This document shows, piece after piece, positions 1 through 9,672 of a DNA stretch of 64,000 nucleotides. The stretch covers positions 832,001 through 896,000 of the forward strand of contig OY762492.1 in NCBI GenBank assembly GCA_963665845.2. Direction: 5' to 3'. Every line of letters starts with the position of its first letter. Within the stretch, counting starts at the first letter, position 1. A program made the translations under genes and the position numbers. Source of the DNA: Candidatus Poribacteria bacterium. GTDB taxonomy: Bacteria; Poribacteria; WGA-4E; GCA-2687025. The notes below the pieces were generated by a model. It was given only the letters and a program-made list of their open reading frames with translations. It was not told the origin of the DNA and did not search any database.

Positions 1-3000
1 GATTTCCGTTCACATCCCGCGCCAGAATGGTCACATAAAACGGACCCTGTCGGTTTGTCTCGCCGGGGTCTGCGGCGGGCGTCGGCGCGGGAATAGGAAT
101 GAGCGCCTGCGAAGCGGCGCTGTCGCCGACAACGGCGGCGGGGCGAAGGTCAGGCGGAAGCGGATCGGAAAGCGGCGCCGCCGTCACATAAAGAACATAC
201 GCCTCAAAGTCAGGCTCCGGCGGACCGGGCGTCCATGTCGCCAGAAGGCGTCCGCCTTGATCGTTCGGCGCGTCTTCGGCGGCGGCGTTCGACGGTCCGG
301 CGGGGCGGATATTGTCGACCGCCGCTGCAGGTCCGGCGGTCGATTCGCCGGCGAGAAGAGCGCTCTCGTTCTGCGCCGAGTCGATCGCAACGACCGCGGC
401 GTAATAGTCCGCGTTGTTGATGGGCGCGTCCAGATCCAGCGCGTAGGAGCCTCCGCCGCCTTCCGCCGCATGCTTCGCCGCAGGTATCAGCCCTCGGACG
501 CTGTGAATCGGAAACGTTTCGCGGTACACATAAAAACGGCGGATGTCGCGCGCGTCGCCGCTCCATTCCCAGGTCAAGTTCAAAACGTTCCCTTGATCGT
601 TCGGCGCGTCCGCTATGCGCAGCGCCATGACGGGCGCCGGCGCGACAGCGTCTAAGGTAACGCGGCGCGCCGCCGTCAACGAGGCGCGGTTGCCGTTCGC
701 GTCTTCAAGGCGCCCTGTCACCGTTTGATCAATGAGATGATCGTCCTCCTGAACCGCGTATTCGCCGACATACAGCCCGTCGAACGGCTCCATATCGGCG
801 CCCGCCCCGTCGTCAAACATGAGAATGCCGCGCCTTGCCGTTCCGATGTCGAAGGACGCCTTGCCCCCAGGTTCCCCTTGAAGTTGAACCGTCAAGAGAG
901 CGCCTTTAGCGAGCGGCTGATCAGCGTCATGCGAGACGGAGTCGATGCGGGGCGGAACGGTGTCGATCGCCGCGGGGAACGGCGCCGCCAGCGACGCTTC
1001 GTTCCCTGCCGCGTCGACAAGAACGACCGTGACAACGGCGGCTTCAGCGTTGTCGTTTGGAAAAATCGCCGCGGAGCCTGTGTAAAAACCTTCCGCCGTC
1101 TCCGTCATCGGGATGTCTTCGCGGACGCCTTCGATATGAAAGCGGGCGTCGGCGCCAGGTTCCCCCTCCGCCTCGACGGTCAAAACGCCGCCCGCGCCGA
1201 GAGCCGAGACGCCGTCATGCCGAACGCTGTACACGGCGGGGGGAGTCGTGTCGATGTCGATCGGGGCGGGCGTCTCTCGGCTTGCTAAGTTTCCGACAGC
1301 GTCCTCCACATAAACCGTCGCCGTTCCGTTTGTCATGTTGTCGCCGGGGCGCGCTTCGTAAGCGCCTTCATACAACCCTGGCTGTTCTTCGTTTTCGGTG
1401 AGAACAACGACCGCCTCAAAAACGCCGTCAGTAAGTATCGCATACGCCGCCGCGCCGGTCTCGGAACGGACGGAGATGTCGACCCGTTCGCCCGCGCGCA
1501 GCGGCTTCTCGGCGTTGTGCCGGGCGCCGAAAATGGCGGGCGGTTTTGTGTCGATTGTAACGCGCCGATCCATCGGCAGCTCCGCCTCGAAACGCAGCGC
1601 GGGAGAGTCGGACGAAATGCGAACGATGAGCGGCGCGTTCTCGGCGTTGTCGCCTTGTTGAACCTCGTAGGAACCGATGTAGTTTCCGTCCCCGTTCTCC
1701 TGAAGCGAAAACTGAACGGCGGTACCTTCTATGAAAGCGGACGCGCTCCAGCCGGGCGGCGCGGTCATGGCGGCGCTCAAGGTTCCGCCGATCCCGATCG
1801 GCTCGAACCCGTCATGGTCGGCGCGTTCGATCCAGTAAGCGGCGAGTCGATACGGCGCCGGCTGACTGGCGGAGACGCGCAGATAAAGCGAGCGCGCGTC
1901 GGCGGGAATCCACGCGGCATGCGCGTTCAACGGAAAGCCGACCTGCCCGTTTTCCTCTGACAGCGGCTCAAGACGCGCCTCCCCCTCCAACGCGGCGAGA
2001 ACGCCGTAGCCCGCCGACGCATCAACCGATAGGCGGAACCAGTCCTCGTCTGATTTGCCCCATACCGCCCCTTCCGTTTCGGCGTTCAACGGCAGGGAGA
2101 GGGCTAATTGGGGATTGCCGTTCGGCTCTTGTTCGCGCCGTTTTTCGTCGGGCGCGGGACGCTGCTCAATGCGAATCTGGTACGGCGAACCGCCTATTCC
2201 AACCGCCTTGATGTAATACGCGCCTGCGGCAAGGCTGGACGGCGGCGTTTGCGCCGTTCCGTTCAGCTCGCCAAACGGCTCAAGCTGTCCGTCTATTTCT
2301 TGGTAAAATTCTATCTGTCCTGAGGCGGCGGCGACCGTCCATAGACGCTCTTCGCCGTCCGTTGCGTCCCATCGAAACCAGTCCTCGTCGTTCGGCTGAG
2401 TCGCCGCGCCGGATATTTCTACGGTCTCGCCGGATACGGCGTTTGCCCGCAGGGGCGTTCCGTTCGGCTCCATCTCCCATACGGCATCGGGCGTCGGTCG
2501 GCTTTGGGAGAGGGCGATCTCATACTGTCCAGGGTCGCCGTCAATGCGGACGAGCAGTTCGCCAGGGGGAAGTCCAGCGGCGGCGTAGGCGTGCGGGTCG
2601 GCGTTTCCGTCGGCGGAGATCTGCGCCGCGGCCTCCTCTTCAGCCAACGAAAACGGCAAAAAGAGCGTCGCGCGCGTCTGTCCGGCGGCGCGCCGCGTGA
2701 GACGCATGCCCGCCGGCCCCGCTTCCGAAAGCTGAAAGCGGAACCAGTCGGCGCCGCCTTCTTCTAGATCGCCGGCGATCTCGGCGCCGAACGGAGCGGG
2801 CTGGGCGTCGGCGGGGGAACTGTTCGGCTCCCGTTCCCGCGTCTGTATCGGGTCAAATGTGAAACGGCGCGCCGCGGGCGGAAGGCTCCCGTCCGCAGGC
2901 TCCACCGTAAAAAGATGTTCGCCGGGGGGCAGGTCGACCAGCAGCGCCTCGTTGGAAGTTGTGTATTGATAGGCGCCTTCGTCCACCTTAAAACGAAAGC

Positions 3001-6000
3001 CGCGAATCGGCTTCCCGTCCGCAAAACGCGACCATCGAAACGCCGCGGAGCCTGTATGCACAGCCCCGAACGGACCCGACAGAATGCGCAGACCGCCGTT
3101 GTCGACAGGGGGCGGGTTCGGAATGGAGCGGGTCGGGCCGACAACGCTTATCGGCGCGAGGCGCGACTCGTTGCCGGCGCGGTCGACCGCTGTGACGGCG
3201 GCGTACAGATCCGCGCCGTCGATGGGGGTCGGGACGCTCGCCGCGGTGAGGCGCCGGTCAGGCAGCTGCGCCGCGGCGGCTCCCTGTTCAGATGCCGTTT
3301 TAGACAGGTCGAACGGCGTCCGCGACAGATAGACGCGGTATTCCAAAAAATCGGGCGCGGGGGACGCTTCCCAAGCGGCTGTCAGATAGCCGCCGTCGTC
3401 GCCTGGACGGTCAAGGGCGCGGGAAAGGCGGACGGGCGGCGGGGGCAGGTTGTCTAAAGGCGCCGCCGGACCGGCGACCGAACCGCCTTCGTCAAAACGC
3501 AACGCCGAAAGGTTGCCCGCCTCATCCTCCGCGGCGACCGCCGCATAATAGGCGCCAGGCGACTCCGTCAACACAAGAGCGGGAGGGCTGTCGGTCAACG
3601 CCGCCGCCTCCTCCATTAAACGTATATCCACGATTGGATCCCGCGACAGATAAATGCGGTATTGAGACGCGCCGATGGACGCCTGCCAGTTGACAAGCAG
3701 CGCGCCGCCCTCGTCGCCCGGCGCGTCTTCAACCGACGCGCCCAGAACGGCGGCAGGCGGATCCGCGTCCAGACGGACAGGGCGCTCCGAGGTTCGCTCC
3801 GCCGTCTTGCCGTTGGAGAGGCGCAATTCCGCCTTGACGCGGCCGTCTTCCAGCAGGTCGCCGTCCATCGGCGCGTATGTCCCAGTGTAGACGCCCGGCT
3901 CCGTTTCCAGCATCGGAATGGGGCCGCGGTAGGTCTCTCCGTCGGCGCCGATGAGCGAGAAGGCGGCGTCCGCGTTTGGGCTGCCTTCCAGCGCGGCATG
4001 CAGCTCGTCGCCGACGCGCATCGGATGGACGGGCGCGTTATGCGTCAACCGCTCAATGAACGGGTAAGCGGCGTCGAATGCAAGGTCGTAGGGCGTTTGC
4101 GCCTCGGCGGCGTTTCCTGCGGCGTCGGTCAATACAGCGCGAACCGCCGCGTTTTCAACGATTTCCCCCGGCGCGGCGGCGTATTCTCCGACATAAACCC
4201 CGCTGCCTGCAGGCTCTTCAAACAGCGGCAGATCGGTTCGAAACGGCGCGTCGGGAAGAAGGATGGAGAACATGCCGAAGACGCCCGATTCGCCCCGCGC
4301 CTCGACGCGCACCGTTTCGCCGTCGACCGACGCCTGAACCGAGTCGATGCGCGGCGGAACCGTATCGATGCGCAGCGGCTGTACGACAGGATAAACGGCG
4401 GAGTTTCCCGCGGCGTCTTTGGCGGTAACGCGGATATATCCTTCGTCCGTTTGATCATGCGGCTGAATAACAATTTCAGCTTCGTAGGCGCCGGGTTCCG
4501 TTTCGTTTTGGTTAAAAAGGAAACCGCCGCGGATGACGGAGCCGTCTTTCCGCGCTAGGCTTGCCTCTAGGGCGAGGTTCGGTTCGCCTTCGGCGCGCAG
4601 CGTCAAGAGGCCGCCCGCTTTGAGCGGCTTGGAGGCGTTGTGCCAGACGCGGTCTAGTCGGGGCGGTATGCCGTCTACCGAGAATTGCCCTGGGAAGAAG
4701 GCTGCCGCTGCGGCGCCGTCCATTTCAAGGCGCGCTTGGAGCCGTAGGTTTTCCCCTGCGGCGCCTTCAGGTATCGCCATCTCCGCCTCGTACGCTCCGC
4801 CGCCGATGTCTGTCATCAGAACTGGGGGAACGGCGGCGCCGTCGATTTCAACCCAAACGCGCCCTCCAGAACGCCATCTCAAATACGGGCGGAGAACGGC
4901 GCCGGCGGGCAGCGTCTCCCCCGCAGGGCGGTCTGCGTCAACGCGCATCTCGTATAGAAAAAACGGGGTCAGCGCATACGGCTCATACGCCGCGCCGGTC
5001 GATTCGGCGGCGATCCAGTACTCGCCCTGCGCCAGCTCTGCCTGCAGTTTCCCGCTTGTAGACTCTGTCAGAACGCCCCCCGACCTGTCCATCAGCCGCA
5101 GCGACGCCGGCGCCGACAACGGACCTTTAAAAGAAAGCGCCAAAATTCCGTTCGACGGCGCCTCGAACCGATAAACATCCACATCGCCGGGGAAGCTGAA
5201 CGTCCCGCGCGCCGTCCCGCCGACCTGTATCTCGCCGGCGGAGGCGGGCGTTCCGTTCGGCTCCATTTCAAGCGTTTCGTCGTTTGCCGGCGTTTCAAGT
5301 TTGAGCGCGATCAGATACGGCGCGGGCTTTTCTTCTGGCGGATGATGAACGCGAAGCGTCCATTCTCCGAACGCCGCGCCTGTTTGCGCCGCTTCCGCCT
5401 GCCGATTTGCCGGCGCCGCCGGGAGACGCGCGGCAAGGCGCGACGGATCAGCCGAGCCGCCGGCGTAAGCGTCCAGAACCGCCCCGCCCGACGCGCCGAG
5501 CCGGTAAAAACCGAGACGCAAACGCCGCGGCGAAGGGATGTCCAGAACCGCGCGAACCGCCGCGTCCGTATCGCCTAAAATAAGCGCGGACGGCTCCCGT
5601 TCGCTCAACCGAACCGGCGCGCTGTTCTCGTCCGCCCGGTAGATTCCGTCGGGCAGCGCCATGACAGACGCCGTGAGACGATACGCGGCTCCGCCTTCCA
5701 CGCGCACATGCCAGCCGCTTCGTCTGGACGCAAACGCAAAGGCGAGCGTTCCGCTGTTGTCCGCCGTTCCCTCAAAAGCGGGAACCCAAGCCGCCTCGTC
5801 CAACGGCGTTGAGCCTTCATAGATGAGAACGCGCCCCGGCGGCCCGTTTTCCTGTCGATACAGTACATGTACGACAGCGCGCGCGTTTCCCGTGTCGATG
5901 CGGAACCAGTCGGAATCGCCTGAATCGTCCGCGGGGACGGCGGACGCGATACCGTTTGGTAAAAGCGGCGCTTCCTGCGGCGTTCCCCCTGGCTGCGCCG

Positions 6001-6370
6001 TCTCTTGAAGACCGCCGTACTCGGCGCGGAAATACCATACCGCGGGCGTCGGGTCTTCCTGCGCATTCACATCCACCGCCGCGACCGAAACGGCATGGGC
6101 GCCATGCTCGATTCCGTAAAGCGCGAGGCGGTTTTGAAACGTTAAAAACGGCTCCCCGCCGTCGATGCGGACGCGGTATGCGGCGACAGGTTGATCCAGC
6201 CGGTCGGGCATTCCCGCCCATTCAAACAGGGCGTCCGGACTGCGCAGAACCTCCGTCGGTCCCGCCGCCGGGAACGTGTCCGGCGGGGCGGACGCTCCCG
6301 CGCATACGCATAGCGCGCACAAAAGAAGCGCGGCGGCGTTTAAAGGCGCAAGACGAACGTCACGGCGCAA
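1..6370 (-). CDS. Very large (>2,100 aa) secreted/surface repeat protein with PPC-like and Ig-like repeats; 3' end runs off the window
   Basis: Absent from the ORF track because it has no stop inside the window. Putative TTG at 6370 gives MRRDVRLAPLNAAALLLCALCVCAGASAPPDT (signal-peptide-like). The same frame reads GPFYVTILARDVNGN at the window edge and the track lists no ORF terminating in this frame. Repeated ExEPNG..DxDW/VYRF and IDTxPP..D..GN motifs. Start codon uncertain. Confidence 0.85.
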   Translation of the reverse strand, partial: MRRDVRLAPLNAAALLLCALCVCAGASAPPDTFPAAGPTEVLRSPDALFEWAGMPDRLDQPVAAYRVRIDGGEPFLTFQNRLALYGIEHGAHAVSVAAVDVNAQEDPTPAVWYFRAEYGGLQETAQPGGTPQEAPLLPNGIASAVPADDSGDSDWFRIDTGNARAVVHVLYRQENGPPGRVLIYEGSTPLDEAAWVPAFEGTADNSGTLAFAFASRRSGWHVRVEGGAAYRLTASVMALPDGIYRADENSAPVRLSEREPSALILGDTDAAVRAVLDIPSPRRLRLGFYRLGASGGAVLDAYAGGSADPSRLAARLPAAPANRQAEAAQTGAAFGEWTLRVHHPPEEKPAPYLIALKLETPANDETLEMEPNGTPASAGEIQVGGTARGTFSFPGDVDVYRFEAPSNGILALSFKGPLSAPASLRLMDRSGGVLTESTSGKLQAELAQGEYWIAAESTGAAYEPYALTPFFLYEMRVDADRPAGETLPAGAVLRPYLRWRSGGRVWVEIDGAAVPPVLMTDIGGGAYEAEMAIPEGAAGENLRLQARLEMDGAAAAAFFPGQFSVDGIPPRLDRVWHNASKPLKAGGLLTLRAEGEPNLALEASLARKDGSVIRGGFLFNQNETEPGAYEAEIVIQPHDQTDEGYIRVTAKDAAGNSAVYPVVQPLRIDTVPPRIDSVQASVDGETVRVEARGESGVFGMFSILLPDAPFRTDLPLFEEPAGSGVYVGEYAAAPGEIVENAAVRAVLTDAAGNAAEAQTPYDLAFDAAYPFIERLTHNAPVHPMRVGDELHAALEGSPNADAAFSLIGADGETYRGPIPMLETEPGVYTGTYAPMDGDLLEDGRVKAELRLSNGKTAERTSERPVRLDADPPAAVLGASVEDAPGDEGGALLVNWQASIGASQYRIYLSRDPIVDIRLMEEAAALTDSPPALVLTESPGAYYAAVAAEDEAGNLSALRFDEGGSVAGPAAPLDNLPPPPVRLSRALDRPGDDGGYLTAAWEASPAPDFLEYRVYLSRTPFDLSKTASEQGAAAAQLPDRRLTAASVPTPIDGADLYAAVTAVDRAGNESRLAPISVVGPTRSIPNPPPVDNGGLRILSGPFGAVHTGSAAFRWSRFADGKPIRGFRFKVDEGAYQYTTSNEALLVDLPPGEHLFTVEPADGSLPPAARRFTFDPIQTREREPNSSPADAQPAPFGAEIAGDLEEGGADWFRFQLSEAGPAGMRLTRRAAGQTRATLFLPFSLAEEEAAAQISADGNADPHAYAAAGLPPGELLVRIDGDPGQYEIALSQSRPTPDAVWEMEPNGTPLRANAVSGETVEISGAATQPNDEDWFRWDATDGEERLWTVAAASGQIEFYQEIDGQLEPFGELNGTAQTPPSSLAAGAYYIKAVGIGGSPYQIRIEQRPAPDEKRREQEPNGNPQLALSLPLNAETEGAVWGKSDEDWFRLSVDASAGYGVLAALEGEARLEPLSEENGQVGFPLNAHAAWIPADARSLYLRVSASQPAPYRLAAYWIERADHDGFEPIGIGGTLSAAMTAPPGWSASAFIEGTAVQFSLQENGDGNYIGSYEVQQGDNAENAPLIVRISSDSPALRFEAELPMDRRVTIDTKPPAIFGARHNAEKPLRAGERVDISVRSETGAAAYAILTDGVFEAVVVLTENEEQPGLYEGAYEARPGDNMTNGTATVYVEDAVGNLASRETPAPIDIDTTPPAVYSVRHDGVSALGAGGVLTVEAEGEPGADARFHIEGVREDIPMTETAEGFYTGSAAIFPNDNAEAAVVTVVLVDAAGNEASLAAPFPAAIDTVPPRIDSVSHDADQPLAKGALLTVQLQGEPGGKASFDIGTARRGILMFDDGAGADMEPFDGLYVGEYAVQEDDHLIDQTVTGRLEDANGNRASLTAARRVTLDAVAPAPVMALRIADAPNDQGNVLNLTWEWSGDARDIRRFYVYRETFPIHSVRGLIPAAKHAAEGGGGSYALDLDAPINNADYYAAVVAIDSAQNESALLAGESTAGPAAAVDNIRPAGPSNAAAEDAPNDQGGRLLATWTPGPPEPDFEAYVLYVTAAPLSDPLPPDLRPAAVVGDSAASQALIPIPAPTPAADPGETNRQGPFYVTILARDVNGN

Positions 6371-7982
6371 AACGCATCCATTCCAGAGACGCCTCAATAA
6401 ACTTGACAAACAGCGGATGCGGCGCGAGCGGGCGCGAACGGAATTCAGGGTGAAACTGCGACCCGACCATCCAAGGGTGGTCGGACGCCTCGGCGATTTC
6501 AACAAGCGACCCGTCCGGCGAAAGCCCGCTCCACACAAGCCCCGCCTCTTCCAGCCGCGCGCGGTAGGCGTTGTTCACCTCATACCTGTGGCGGTGCCGC
6601 TCTTCGATGCGGGTCTCTCCGTAGGCGGCGTGAGCGCGCGTATTGGGTTTGAGAACGCATGGGTACAGCCCCAGCCGCTGCGTTCCGCCTTTGTCGCCTT
6701 CGCGGTCCTGCGTTTCCATGAGATGGATGACGGGGTGCGGCGCGTTTTCGTCAAACTCGGCGCTGTTTGCGCCCGCGAGGCCGGCGCTCCGCGCCCGTTC
6801 AATGACCATGCACTGCAAGCCGAGGCACAAGCCGAGGTACGGCAGGCGGTTTTCACGCGCGTAACGGATGGCGCAAATCATGCCTTCGATGCCGCGGTAG
6901 CCGTATCCGCCGGGGACGAGCATTCCGCCGACGCCTTCAAATCGGCTCGACAGATTGTCCGCTTCGGTCAGTTCGTCTGACTCGATCCAGCGGATTTGGA
7001 CGCGCGCTTCGTTGGCGATTCCGCCATGCTTCAGCGCCTCCTTGACGCTTAGGTAGGCGTCGCCATGCTCGGTGTATTTTCCGACGACCGCGATCTCGAC
7101 GGCGCGCTTCGGATTTTTGAGCCGACGCGTCATCGCCTCCCATTTGCCGCATTCAACCTGTTCCCGTTGCGGCAGGCGCATGCGTCGGACGACAAGGTCG
7201 CCGACGCCCTCGCGTTCAAAGAGCAGCGGCGCCTCTTCGATCTCCTCAACGTCGGAGGCTTCGATGACCGCTTCCACCGGGACGCCGCATGTGGAGGCGA
7301 TCTTGCGGCGTATCTCTTTCGACAGGTCAACCGAGGTTCTGCAGATCAGAACATCCGGCTGTATGCCGAGCGCGAGCAGGGCGCGGACGCTGTGCTGCGT
7401 CGGCTTCGTTTTCATTTCGCCCCATGGGGAGGCTTGCGCGATCGGAATCACATGCATGAAAAGCGTGTTTTCGACGCCGCGCTCAATGCGTATTTCCCGT
7501 ATCGCTTCCACGAAGGGCGGCGTTTCAAAGTCGCCGATGGTGCCGCCGATTTCAACAATCAGAATGTCGGAGCGGGTCTCGCTGAGGGCGTAGTAGATGC
7601 GCTCCTTGATCTCGTTGGTGATGTGCGGGATCAGCTGCACCGTTTCGCCGAGGTACTCTCCCGCCCGTTCTTTTTCGATGACCGCCTGATAGACGGCTCC
7701 GCTGGTGAAGTTGGAGTACTGCCTGCAGTCGACGCCGAGGAAGCGTTCATAGTTGCCGAGGTCTAGGTCCGTTTCGGCGCCGTCGTTGGTGACGAACACT
7801 TCGCCGTGCTGGAACGGGTTCATGGTTCCCGCGTCGACATTGACGTAGGGGTCGATTTTGAGCGCGTTGACGCGGTATCCCCTGCTGGTTAAGGCGCGTC
7901 CGAGCGAGGCGGTTGCAATGCCCTTTCCGATGGAGGACATGACGCCGCCCGTTACAAAGATCATTTTGCCTTCGCTTCTCAT
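6360..7982 (-). CDS. pyrG: CTP synthase
   Basis: IFVTGGVMSSIGKG, KIDPYVNVDAGTMNPFQHGEV, GLCLG catalytic Cys, SQFHPEF. Confidence 0.99.
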   Translation of the reverse strand: MRSEGKMIFVTGGVMSSIGKGIATASLGRALTSRGYRVNALKIDPYVNVDAGTMNPFQHGEVFVTNDGAETDLDLGNYERFLGVDCRQYSNFTSGAVYQAVIEKERAGEYLGETVQLIPHITNEIKERIYYALSETRSDILIVEIGGTIGDFETPPFVEAIREIRIERGVENTLFMHVIPIAQASPWGEMKTKPTQHSVRALLALGIQPDVLICRTSVDLSKEIRRKIASTCGVPVEAVIEASDVEEIEEAPLLFEREGVGDLVVRRMRLPQREQVECGKWEAMTRRLKNPKRAVEIAVVGKYTEHGDAYLSVKEALKHGGIANEARVQIRWIESDELTEADNLSSRFEGVGGMLVPGGYGYRGIEGMICAIRYARENRLPYLGLCLGLQCMVIERARSAGLAGANSAEFDENAPHPVIHLMETQDREGDKGGTQRLGLYPCVLKPNTRAHAAYGETRIEERHRHRYEVNNAYRARLEEAGLVWSGLSPDGSLVEIAEASDHPWMVGSQFHPEFRSRPLAPHPLFVKFIEASLEWMRFAP

Positions 7983-8167
7983 GGTGGTTCCCCGCTTGAA
8001 CTGGATCGACTTTCCGCTCGTTAAGAGAACGCGCGCATGCCCGTTTGCGTTGCGATCTTAGCGTCCGGCGGTAAGGATACAGCATGCGGGGCTTGAGCGC
8101 AACGTTCGCATGACCTTGTGTCTTTATTTTGGACATGTCGGCATGACGTCTTACCGCTGTCTCCTTT

Positions 8168-8850
8168 TCATGACGCGTCCGCCGGCGGTTTTTCCTCCGC
8201 GTCCGCTTTCTTCTTTCTATGGTTTCGCCATATCTCTATCGCTGTTGCAAACAGGTTATGGAGAAAATGTGAGACCGCCGTCACCCAAAAGGCGGTCCAA
8301 AAGCTGTCCTGCAGCCAGAAAGCGAATGCGAATCCCCAATACATCCCGCCGTGTATCCCGACGCCAACCCCAGCCTCAATAGAATCTGCAAAATGATCCC
8401 ACGCAAACAGAAACGCAGAGACGGCAACCTGCGTTCCCAAGCCCAGCCCCATCCATTTGAAAGCGCCGATGACCAGCGCTTGAAACAGCAGCGTTTCAAC
8501 GACGGGCGCAAACAGCAAAAGACAAACGCTTCCTCAACCGAGCTCGCACCCTCAAAACGCCCTTTCTTTTTGGGCGCTTTGACCGACTTTCGAATGAGAA
8601 TTCGCGCAAACAAAAGTACAAAATTTACGGCTAGGCATTCTGATGTGATGAGCAGGCAGAACGGCCATGGCGAAAACCGTTCATACCGCCGCAGCCAGCC
8701 GACCGCCCACTCATGCTGATTGGTATGCCGACCCAGCCATGCAATCAACGCTGCCGCGGCAAGCGCCGCGCCGATCAACAGCGCCCGTCGGGGTCCGCTT
8801 TTTCCGCCTTTTTTGTCAACAGACGGTTCCGCGTTCTCATTCTCGCTCAA
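8168..8850 (-). pseudogene. CPBP/Abi (CAAX protease-like) intramembrane protease paralog, frameshifted near 8520
   Basis: Near-copy of 8989..9672 split over two ORFs (8281..8943, 8168..8518). One base is missing in a T-run: gtc tt ttg ctg versus ttt act tta ctg in the intact copy. Could be a sequencing error. Confidence 0.7.
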
Positions 8851-8988
8851 CGGGCGGCTCTTCCTGTTCGTTGTTGCGTTTCTGAAGGAAAGAAGGCGGG
8901 TTCTACTGAACATTACGTTTGCCGAAAACGGCGGCTCTGTCAAGAGAGAACGGCTAAAGCGGCGCAGAAACCGTCCGCTGTCTCCTTT

Positions 8989-9672
8989 TCATGACGCGTC
9001 CGCCGGCGGTTTTTCCTCCGCGTTTGCCTTCTTCTTTCTATGTTTTCGCCAGATAAGTATTGCGACTGGAAACAGGTTGTTGAGAAAATGCGAGACCGCC
9101 GTCACCCAAAAGGCGGTCCAAAAGCTGCCCTGCAGCCAGAAGGCGAATGTGAACCCAAAATACAGCCCGCCCGGGATCCCGGCGGCAACCCCCACTGCAA
9201 TAGACTCCGCAAAATGAATCGAAGCAAACAGAAACGCAGAGGCGGCAACCTGCGTTCCCATGCCCAGCCCCAGCCATTTGAGAGCGCCGATGATCAACGC
9301 CTGGAACAGCAGCGTTTCAACGACGGGCGCAAACAGTAAAGTAAAAAACGCGAGCTCGGCCGAGCTTTTATCCTCAAAGCGCGCCTTCTTTTTGGGCGCC
9401 TTGACCGCCTTTCGAATACGAGTGTGCGCGATTGACAAGGCAACGCTCACGGCTAAACCCTCTAATGTGATGAGCAGGCAGAACGACCATGGCGAAAACC
9501 TTTCATACCGCCGAAGCCAGCCGACCGCCCACTCATGCTGATTGGTATGCCGACCCAGCCATGCAATCAACGCTGCCGCGGTAAGCGCGGCGCCGATCAA
9601 CAGCGCCCGTCGGGGTCCGCTTTTCCCGTCGTTTTCATCAACTGACGGTTCCGCGTTTTCATTCTCGCTCAA
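8989..9672 (-). CDS. CPBP/Abi family intramembrane glutamic protease-like protein
   Basis: Multiple TM segments; APVVET (EE-like), LFASIH (FxxxH) and SHFLNN (HxxxN) motifs. Confidence 0.8.
   Translation of the reverse strand: MSENENAEPSVDENDGKSGPRRALLIGAALTAAALIAWLGRHTNQHEWAVGWLRRYERFSPWSFCLLITLEGLAVSVALSIAHTRIRKAVKAPKKKARFEDKSSAELAFFTLLFAPVVETLLFQALIIGALKWLGLGMGTQVAASAFLFASIHFAESIAVGVAAGIPGGLYFGFTFAFWLQGSFWTAFWVTAVSHFLNNLFPVAILIWRKHRKKKANAEEKPPADAS

Noticed and set aside
184-6221. Many short track ORFs on both strands
   Set aside because: All overlap the single giant minus-strand ORF
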